Source: an uncultured Rhodospirillaceae bacterium (lineage in GTDB: Bacteria > Pseudomonadota > Alphaproteobacteria > Ferrovibrionales > Ferrovibrionaceae). Taken from it: 28,978 nt of DNA. The position numbers were made by a program, and so were the translations under genes. The notes beneath the pieces are model-generated. The model saw only the letters and a program-made list of their open reading frames with translations, had not been told where the DNA came from and made no database searches. Position 1 is the first letter of the stretch. The number at the start of each line of letters is the position of its first letter. Shown in pieces: positions 18,144-25,587 of the stretch. Where the stretch lies: positions 1 to 28,978 of the forward strand of contig CAYTWJ010000005.1 in the NCBI GenBank assembly GCA_964442055.1, written 5' to 3'.

Positions 18144-18795
18144 TGACGACCTCGCGGAAACGGCCGACCCAGCCACCGACCTCGATCGGGCGGGTCTTCA
18201 GCGCGGCGCGGTTGACGACGAGGCGCGAGCTCACCTCGGCGATGGTCTCGACCTCGACCAGGCCGTTCGCCCTGAGCGTGGCGCCGGTCGAGACCAGGTC
18301 GACGATGCGCCGGCAGAGGCCGAGCGTCGGCGCCAGCTCCATCGCGCCGTTGAGCTTGATGCATTCCGCCTGCACCCCCCGGCGGGCGAAGTGGCGGCGG
18401 GTGATGTTGGGATACTTGGTGGCGACGCGGACATGACTCCAGCGTGCCGGATCGTCCTTGGCCTTGAGCTCGGCCGGCTCGGCCACCGCCAGCCGGCAAC
18501 GGCCGATGCCGAGATCGAGCGGCGCGTAGATCTCGGAATAGTCGAACTCCATCAGCACGTCGTTGCCGGCGATGCCGAGCTGGGCGGCGCCGAAGGCAAC
18601 GAAGGTCGCGACGTCGAACGAGCGCACCCGGATGATCGAAAGCGCCGGATCGTTGGTCGCGAAACGCAGCTGGCGCGATTCCGGGTCGTCGAAGGCCGGC
18701 TCCGGGCGGATGCCGGCGCGTTCCAGCAGCGGTCGCGCTTCGGTGGCGATCCGGCCCTTGGGCAGGGCGATGACCAGAGGTTCGTTGGCGGCCAT
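18133..18795 (-). CDS. hisG: ATP phosphoribosyltransferase, short form (needs HisZ)
   Basis: IALPKGR, VRSFDV.TFV..GAA.LG..G.DVL.E, RVATKYP and [14 protein letters not shown]...[13 protein letters not shown]; about 220 aa with no C-terminal regulatory domain. Confidence 0.97.
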   Translation of the reverse strand: MAANEPLVIALPKGRIATEARPLLERAGIRPEPAFDDPESRQLRFATNDPALSIIRVRSFDVATFVAFGAAQLGIAGNDVLMEFDYSEIYAPLDLGIGRCRLAVAEPAELKAKDDPARWSHVRVATKYPNITRRHFARRGVQAECIKLNGAMELAPTLGLCRRIVDLVSTGATLRANGLVEVETIAEVSSRLVVNRAALKTRPIEVGGWVGRFREVVNAA

Positions 18796-18813
18796 TGTCT
18801 CTCCCGGCAAAGG

Positions 18814-19287
18814 TTACTCGATGCGGTGGCGGGGCCGCAGCGGCACCGCCCAGGGCGCGCCGATATCGGCGATATGGCAGTCGAGGCACTCGACCTCGAG
18901 GCGCACGGCGCCGCCGCCGGCGAAAACCAGCGTCACGGTGGCACCGGCGTCGGCGCTCTCCTTGACGTCGATGCCGAGCAGCTCGAGGACCTGCTCGCGC
19001 CGGCTGCGGTCGATGCCCTGCAGGCTGGCCCGCAGCACGCCGTCGAAATGCACCCCGGTGGCCACGCGGAGGTAGCGGCGCGGGAAGGCGGCCGCCGGCT
19101 CGTTCTCGCACTCCCAGCAGAAACGGTGGGCGACCAGCGCAAAACGGTGCCGGCGCGGCTGATAGGCCATGGCGCCGACATGGACGAGCGCGTCCTGCAG
19201 GCAGGCCGAGATCACCGCCAGGTCCTCGGCATCCTCGGCCCGCAGCTTGAGCGGCTTGGCCGGCTTCGTTTCGCTTTCTGCCGCCAT
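18814..19287 (-). CDS. DUF2948 family protein
   Basis: LKLRAEDAEDL.VISA.LQDA, NRF-like HRFCWE, LELL.I and L.FAGGG..RLEVECL; conserved between murA and hisG/hisD. Confidence 0.88.
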   Translation of the reverse strand: MAAESETKPAKPLKLRAEDAEDLAVISACLQDALVHVGAMAYQPRRHRFALVAHRFCWECENEPAAAFPRRYLRVATGVHFDGVLRASLQGIDRSRREQVLELLGIDVKESADAGATVTLVFAGGGAVRLEVECLDCHIADIGAPWAVPLRPRHRIE

Positions 19288-19289
19288 GC

Positions 19290-20564
<1,275 letters not shown>

Positions 20565-20651
20565 TCTCGCCTCAAGCCGGGACGCCCCGCACGCCGACCG
20601 GCGGCGGCAAAGCCGGCCGGTACGCACTTGCCGCCAAAGACCGGAGCGGGG

Positions 20652-20679
20652 GTTTTAGCGCATCGGCACGAGGTTGCAA
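20652..20679 (-). promoter_or_regulatory. Putative sigma70 promoter of the murA operon
   Basis: TTGCAA followed by GCTAAAAC on the minus strand, matching the alphaproteobacterial -10 element GCTANAWC. Confidence 0.55.
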
Positions 20680-20690
20680 ACCGCCAGGCC

Positions 20691-20879
20691 TCATTCCCTT
20701 TCCCTTTGGCGCGGGCCCGGTCCGGGCTCGCGGGAAGACGCCGCGTCGCGCTCGCGCGCCTGGCGCTTGCGACGCTGCAGATTGGCGCGCAGGGCCTCGG
20801 CCAAACGCGCCTCGCGCTGGCTCGCCGGGCACGCTTGCGGAAGCGGCCCGCCTTTGTCGGGTGGCTGGCGGCGAGTCAT
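20691..20879 (-). CDS. Small basic hypothetical protein upstream of murA
   Basis: 62 aa containing REARLAEALRANLQRRKRQAR, a motif I recognise from small ORFs preceding murA in Alphaproteobacteria. Confidence 0.75.
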   Translation of the reverse strand: MTRRQPPDKGGPLPQACPASQREARLAEALRANLQRRKRQARERDAASSREPGPGPRQRERE

Positions 20880-20885
20880 GGCATC

Positions 20886-21149
20886 TCAGCGGCGTTCCGA
20901 CCCCTGACGGAGCAGTTCGCCCTCGCGCTGCTGGCGCTGGATGCGCTCGTGCTCCTCGCGGAGCAGGCGGTCGCGGTCGCGTTCGTAGCTGCCGGTGCAG
21001 GCTTCGGGCCGCTCGCGGCAGAGAGCCCGATAACGGTCGGCCTCCTGCGGCGCCGGCTGCAATTGCGGCGGCGATTGCGGCTGCGCCGCCGCCGCTGCGG
21101 CCAGCAGCGCCGCGACGCCGAACGCTGGAAGAAAGGAGCGGCCCGCCAT
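20886..21149 (-). CDS. Small hypothetical exported protein
   Basis: MAGRSFLPAFGVAALLAAAAAA|QPQ signal peptide with AxA cleavage site, a C-x6-C pair and a charged helical C-terminus; 87 aa. Confidence 0.65.
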   Translation of the reverse strand: MAGRSFLPAFGVAALLAAAAAAQPQSPPQLQPAPQEADRYRALCRERPEACTGSYERDRDRLLREEHERIQRQQREGELLRQGSERR

Positions 21150-21274
21150 GTCTGCAACATAGGTGGCGTAGTTGGCCGCTGCCAGGGACGCTTTCCCGCA
21201 CCGCCTTCCGGGATGGCCTTCTGCTTGCATCGCCGGGGGTGGTGTGGCAGGGTCGCGGCCCCGAAAGACCCGGC

Positions 21275-21349
21275 GCTGCCGTAGCTCAGTGGTAGAGCAC
21301 CCCCTTGGTAAGGGGGAGGTCGACAGTTCAATCCTGTCCGGCAGCACCA
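21275..21349 (+). tRNA. tRNA-Thr (GGT)
   Basis: GCTGCCGTAGCTCAGTGGTAGAGCACCCCCTTGGTAAGGGGGAGGTCGACAGTTCAATCCTGTCCGGCAGCACCA: 75 nt, CCCCC/GGGGG anticodon stem, GGT anticodon, CCA end. Confidence 0.98.
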
Positions 21350-21523
21350 GCCCCTTCCCGCGCAAGTCACCGTCCCCTTGTCGCCGCGGCGCCCATCGCC
21401 CCGGCCAAGGTTCGACGCGCCCGCGACTCGGTGCGGAAAATACCAATAAAATGATTCCGAACAATTGGTCCATGTTTAATAAAATTGTATCGAATCTTTA
21501 CTCTGGTTTCCCGGCACTGTTTA

Positions 21524-21553
21524 TTGACTATTTGGGTGTTTGTTTGAGATAAT
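21524..21553 (+). promoter_or_regulatory. Putative sigma70 promoter of the Flp-like gene
   Basis: TTGACT-N18-GATAAT inside an AT-rich tract (46/130 GC over 21431-21560). Confidence 0.55.
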
Positions 21554-21587
21554 TTCTGCGATCAAGCAGTCTTCGACGGACATTGTC

Positions 21588-22685
21588 ATGACCGCATGCA
21601 TGATCCCGACCCCTGACGATCGCCCGCTGCCCAGTGGCTGGCGTGCTCTTGCGCGCGCCGACGGCGGCGCCTCGGGGGTCGAATACGGCATTCTGATCGC
21701 GGCCATTGCGGCGCTGATCGTCGCCGGGCTGTTCGCGCTCGGCCAGAACGTCGGCGGCACGTTTGGTTCGATTCACGACAAGATCGCCAGTTCCACCGGC
21801 GTCGCGAGCGCCGGCGCTCCGGCGCCAGGTTCCGCGACCGGCAGCGGGTCCGCTTCGTCCGACGCGACGGCCGGCAGCGGGTCCGGCGGCGGCTCGACCG
21901 GTAACGGCGTGAATGGCGGCGGCCCGATCGGCGGCGGCGCCGGGGGCGGGTCTGCGAGCGGCTCGGCGCCGGGCGCGGGCGGCACGGGCGGCGGGTCCAG
22001 CGGCGGCACGGGCGGCGGGTCCAGCGGCGCCAGCGGCAGCGCGGCTTCCGGGGGCGGATTTCCAAGCGGGTCTGGGGGCGCGGCCTCGGGCAGCGGCGCG
22101 GCTTCGAGCGGCGGATCGACGGACTCAGCCGGCGGCGGAACAACGAACGGCGGCGATGCCGGCCAATCGGTCGCCGCGGGCGGCTCAGGTGCTGGCGGCG
22201 GAGGCACAGCCGGCTCGGCAGGCGGCGGTTCCAGCGGCGCGGGTTCCGAAAGTGGCGGCATTGGCAGCGGCAAGGGCGGTTCCGGCAGCGCGGGCGGCGC
22301 GAATGGCGGTGCCGGCGGTACGGGCGGAGGAGTCGAGATCGCCGACGGCTCGCGTGACTTGCCGCTCGCAGCGGCCATAGCGGTCCAGCCGGACGGCAGC
22401 AACGCCGCTCTTGTCTCCACGCGCGGCGGCAGCCGCCTTGTCGGCGCGACCGGCGGGGCCGGTGCCGGATATCAGTCGACCGAGGACGAGATCCCGCCGG
22501 AAGCCGCCGTTGTGGCGGCAATCGCGGCGTCCGACCCGAGGCTTCTGATCATCGCGCTGCTTTTGCTGGCGGTTCTCGTCGTCGCCCTCGCTTATTCGCT
22601 GGCCGGGCGGCGTCGCAAACGCCAGGACCGCGAACCGGAAGGCTTCGATTTTTACGCCAAGATCATGGGCGGGGCGGCGGAGTAG
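21588..22685 (+). CDS. Flp family type IVb pilin N-terminus fused to a long Gly/Ser-rich linker and a C-terminal transmembrane anchor
   Basis: WRALARADGG|ASGVEYGILIAAIAALIVAGLFALGQNVGGTF is a class III signal with Glu+5/Tyr+6 Flp motif. About 180 aa Gly/Ser/Ala tract follows, then LLIIALLLLAVLVVALAYSLA and RRRKR. Start ATG 21588 or 21600. Confidence 0.82.
   Translation: MTACMIPTPDDRPLPSGWRALARADGGASGVEYGILIAAIAALIVAGLFALGQNVGGTFGSIHDKIASSTGVASAGAPAPGSATGSGSASSDATAGSGSGGGSTGNGVNGGGPIGGGAGGGSASGSAPGAGGTGGGSSGGTGGGSSGASGSAASGGGFPSGSGGAASGSGAASSGGSTDSAGGGTTNGGDAGQSVAAGGSGAGGGGTAGSAGGGSSGAGSESGGIGSGKGGSGSAGGANGGAGGTGGGVEIADGSRDLPLAAAIAVQPDGSNAALVSTRGGSRLVGATGGAGAGYQSTEDEIPPEAAVVAAIAASDPRLLIIALLLLAVLVVALAYSLAGRRRKRQDREPEGFDFYAKIMGGAAE
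21978..22025 (+). repeat. Perfect 24-bp tandem duplication (GGCGGCACGGGCGGCGGGTCCAGC x2) encoding GGTGGGSS twice
   Basis: Read directly from the sequence at 21978-22001 and 22002-22025. Confidence 0.9.
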
Positions 22686-22809
22686 CGCCGTTCGACGGCT
22701 TTTCCGGCAGCACGATCTTGGCCGCGCCCGGCAAAACCCAGACCAGCGGCAGCAGGCTGGCGGCCTGCGCCACGTTGATCGCGCTCCACCAGACGAAAAG
22801 TGGCGTCAT
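22663..22809 (-). CDS. Possible small hydrophobic protein (48 aa) translationally coupled to the histidine kinase
   Basis: MTPLFVWWSAINVAQAASLLPLVWVLPGAAKIVLPEKPSNGATPPPRP; its ATG overlaps the kinase TGA (ATGA), with GAGGG 7 nt upstream and host-like codons. Confidence 0.4.
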   Translation of the reverse strand: MTPLFVWWSAINVAQAASLLPLVWVLPGAAKIVLPEKPSNGATPPPRP

Positions 22810-24092
22810 CGCAATGCCCTCGCGGCTGGCCGCCCACCTCGCCCGGGCAGCGTCAACAGCATCTGCACGCTGACCACCCGCTCGGGCGGGAAGCGGAGGC
22901 GCACCGTCGTCCCTTCGCCGGGCCGGCTGTCGATGGCGAGCTCGCCGCCATGCATCGCCATCAGGTTCTGCGCGATCGGCAGGCCAAGCCCGGTCCCCGG
23001 CCGACGCGGCGCGCCGCCCTGCGCCAGCTGCTCGTAGGGCCGCAGGGCCACCGGAATGTCTTCGGGGCGCATGCCGATGCCGCTGTCGCGCACCCACAGC
23101 GACAGGCCGCCATCCCTTCCGATGGCCGCCCCGACGGTGATCGTGCCGCCGCGCGGGGTGAACTTGATCGCGTTGGCCAGCAGATTGAGCAGGACCTGGC
23201 GGAGCGCCAGCCGGTCGGCCTCCAGGCGTATGACGGCTTCCGGCAGGTCGAGGGCAAGCGCGAGCCCGGCCCGCTCGGCCTGGTCGCGCAACATCTGCAT
23301 CGGTGTCTCGACGATCTCGGCGAGCTCGATCGCCTCGCTATGCAGCGTCATCTTGCCCGATTCAATCTTGGCAAAGTCGAGCAGGTTGTTGATCAGCTCG
23401 AGCAGATGCCGGCCGCTCTGGCCGATGTCGCGGGCGTACTCGAGGTAGCGGGGCGAGCCCAGCGCGCCGTGAATCTGATGGCCGAGCAACTCGGCGAAGC
23501 CGATGATGGCGTTGAGCGGGGTGCGCAATTCGTGGCCGAGTCGCGCCATCACATCTGTCTTGGCGGCGCTGAGCTGCTCGAGCCGCTCGCGGGCCGCCGC
23601 CGCCGCCCGCTCGTCGAGCTTGCGCTTGGTGATGTCGATCGCTGCCGTCAGGACGTAGCTGACCCGGCCGTCGGGCGCACGCACCGGCGCCTTGCCCGCC
23701 AGCCAGATGCGCCGCCCGCCGGCGGCGTCGGCGTGCTCGATCTCGATGTCGGTGCTCGGCGTTCCGGATTCCATTACCCGGCGATCCAGCTCGGCGACTC
23801 GATGCCCGGCGGCGCCGAGCAATTCGACGGCGGTGCGGCCATTGGCCGCCTCCGGCGCGATGCCGCAGCGCGCGGCCAGACAGCGATTGACGAAGACGTG
23901 CCGGCCGCGTGCATCGACGCACGCCACCGCGATGGGCAGTGCGTCCAGGGCGGCAAGAAGATCGGCCTGGCTGGCCTCGATGCCGCCGCCGCGCAGCCGG
24001 GCGACCTCTCGCGTGAGATAGCGGTTGCGCGCCAACAGAACCAGACATCCGGCACTGGCCAGGATGAGGAAGAATGGCAGCAGCGATTGCAG
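22806..24092 (-). CDS. Membrane-anchored PAS sensor histidine kinase, PleC/DivJ-like
   Basis: N-terminal hydrophobic segment, PAS/PAC domain, GHELRTPLNAIIGFAE H-box, LNLLANAIKFT N-box, VRDSGIGM G1 and GTGLGL G2. Start placed at CTG 24092, 7 nt after GGAGGAG; the ORF-track TTG at 24035 would cut off the TM helix. Confidence 0.9.
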   Translation of the reverse strand: MQSLLPFFLILASAGCLVLLARNRYLTREVARLRGGGIEASQADLLAALDALPIAVACVDARGRHVFVNRCLAARCGIAPEAANGRTAVELLGAAGHRVAELDRRVMESGTPSTDIEIEHADAAGGRRIWLAGKAPVRAPDGRVSYVLTAAIDITKRKLDERAAAAARERLEQLSAAKTDVMARLGHELRTPLNAIIGFAELLGHQIHGALGSPRYLEYARDIGQSGRHLLELINNLLDFAKIESGKMTLHSEAIELAEIVETPMQMLRDQAERAGLALALDLPEAVIRLEADRLALRQVLLNLLANAIKFTPRGGTITVGAAIGRDGGLSLWVRDSGIGMRPEDIPVALRPYEQLAQGGAPRRPGTGLGLPIAQNLMAMHGGELAIDSRPGEGTTVRLRFPPERVVSVQMLLTLPGRGGRPAARALR

Positions 24093-24155
24093 GATCGCGC
24101 TCCTCCGCCGCGGCCGGGCGGCGTCCGGGAATCCATGTCAGCTTATGGCAGGAGG

Positions 24156-24172
24156 GTTAACGGAGCCTTAAC
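24156..24172. promoter_or_regulatory. CtrA binding site (TTAA-N7-TTAAC on both strands)
   Basis: GTTAACGGAGCCTTAAC. It sits over the -35 position of a minus-strand TAAGCT -10 (24145-24140) upstream of the kinase; a GANTC site lies at 24129-24133. Confidence 0.8.
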
Positions 24173-24193
24173 CCGGCCGGCGCCGCGCCGGCT

Positions 24194-25066
24194 TCACCAG
24201 GGATCGTCGACGTAATGCGGCTCGGGGCGGTTGTGCAGGTCCTCGTAATGGACCAGCGCCGGTTCCGGACCAAGTGGCACCGGCTCGCCGTCGCGGAATG
24301 CCCACTCGCCGCGGTCGCAATCGGCGGCGGCGACGTAGCCGTTGATGTAGAGGCGCCGGTCGCCAGGAGTGCGATTCGCACCCGAGCCGTGCACCAGGAA
24401 CGGGCTCCACAGCGCGACGTCGCCGGGCTCGAGCACGAGGTCGACGATGGCAGCGGGGTCGAGCCCCGCGCGCCGCAGCGCGTCGTCCTGCATCGCCTGG
24501 GCCATCACCGGGCCGTCCCCGACAAGATCGAGCTCGCCGAGAAGATGGCTGCCCGGCAGTACGCGCATCGCGCCGTTCTCGGGGCGGTGCCCATCGATGG
24601 CGATGCCGGTCTGGACGTAGGAGCGGGCCAGGTTGCGGAAGGCCGCCGCCGGCCGCCGAAAGCGGCAGTCCTGATGGAAGGCGAAATCGACCATCGCCGC
24701 GCCCGGCGGCTTCCAGTGCAGCTGGTTGATGATCTGCTTCACGTCGCGGCCGATCAGCGGCGCGAGAAGCTCGAACATGCGGGCGTCGCGCCGGACGCCG
24801 TCGAGCAGCGGATCGACATAGGACGGCCATTGCACCATGCGCACCACGGCGCCGAGCGCGGCATCCGGGACCACCCGATAGAACAGGTTGCCGTGCCGGA
24901 AGCCCCGTCCGTGGCGCAACCCCTCGGCATAGTGGCGGTCGAACGCCGCCGCGAGCGCCGCGACCTCGGACGCCGCGAACAGGCCGCGCACGACGGCGAA
25001 GCCCTGCTGGCGATAGTCGGCGACATGCGGAGCGGCCGGCCCGGGACCCTGATGTGCGTGGCTCAT
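24194..25066 (-). CDS. Phytanoyl-CoA dioxygenase (PhyH) family Fe(II)/2-oxoglutarate dioxygenase
   Basis: YRQQGFAVVRGLF, FHQD (HxD), ENGAMRVLPGSH, GDV.LWS..LVHGSG.N and DRRLY. Confidence 0.9.
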   Translation of the reverse strand: MSHAHQGPGPAAPHVADYRQQGFAVVRGLFAASEVAALAAAFDRHYAEGLRHGRGFRHGNLFYRVVPDAALGAVVRMVQWPSYVDPLLDGVRRDARMFELLAPLIGRDVKQIINQLHWKPPGAAMVDFAFHQDCRFRRPAAAFRNLARSYVQTGIAIDGHRPENGAMRVLPGSHLLGELDLVGDGPVMAQAMQDDALRRAGLDPAAIVDLVLEPGDVALWSPFLVHGSGANRTPGDRRLYINGYVAAADCDRGEWAFRDGEPVPLGPEPALVHYEDLHNRPEPHYVDDPW

Positions 25067-25153
25067 CGGACACCGAAGGAGCGATGCGGCGGCAAGGATT
25101 TTGATCTTCGAGGGCGGTGCGGCGCAACGGCGGACGCCAGCCTGTCAGAATCT

Positions 25154-25162
25154 TGTGGATAA
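25154..25162 (-). promoter_or_regulatory. Perfect DnaA box (TTATCCACA) upstream of gcrA
   Basis: Plus strand TGTGGATAA, 14 bp upstream of the gcrA -35, flanked by GAATC at 25148-25152 and 25165-25169. Confidence 0.8.
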
Positions 25163-25176
25163 ACGAATCGGTTCAA

Positions 25177-25205
25177 TTGACCGGGCCGCGCAGCAACCAT
25201 ACTGT
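25177..25205 (+). promoter_or_regulatory. Putative sigma70 promoter of gcrA
   Basis: TTGACC-N17-TACTGT. Confidence 0.6.
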
Positions 25206-25239
25206 ATCTAGGCCATCCGCGTCGCTGGAGGTGCCAGAT

Positions 25240-25578
25240 ATGGTGTGGACCCCGGAGAAAATCGAGGAACTGACCCGCCTTTGGAGCGAAGGGCTGTCGA
25301 TCACCCAGATCGGCAAGCAGCTTGGCCTGACGCGCAACGCCGTCGTCGGCAAGGCGCATCGCCTCGGGCTGTCGAAGCGGCCCTCGCCGATCATCCGCAG
25401 CGAGGCCAAGACCGCCCAGGGCGGGACGCGCTGCAAATGGCCGATCGGCGATCCGCGGTCGAGCGAATTCGGCTTCTGCGGCAAGCCGGCGGTGCAGGGC
25501 CGCCCCTATTGTGCCGAGCATTGCGCCGCCGCCTACGCCGGCTGGAGCGAGCCGCAGAAATCGGCCGACGCCGCCTGA
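25240..25578 (+). CDS. gcrA: GcrA cell-cycle regulator (compact, 112 aa)
   Basis: WTPEKIEEL.RLW.EGLS..QI..QLG.TRNAVVGKAHRLGLS N-domain and CKWPIGDP....F.FCG......PYC.EH...AY C-domain; GGAGG RBS before ATG 25240. Confidence 0.95.
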   Translation: MVWTPEKIEELTRLWSEGLSITQIGKQLGLTRNAVVGKAHRLGLSKRPSPIIRSEAKTAQGGTRCKWPIGDPRSSEFGFCGKPAVQGRPYCAEHCAAAYAGWSEPQKSADAA

Positions 25579-25587
25579 CCGCGCCGG

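Noticed and set aside
21465-21490. Full CtrA box in the Flp-like promoter
   Set aside because: Only one TTAA half-site (21476-21479); the positions 7 bp away read TTGG and GTAT, so the consensus is not met.
21789-22331. GGC-rich repetitive DNA as a CRISPR array or REP cluster
   Set aside because: No constant repeat with unique spacers and no cas genes; the repetitiveness is explained by Gly/Ser codons in one open frame.
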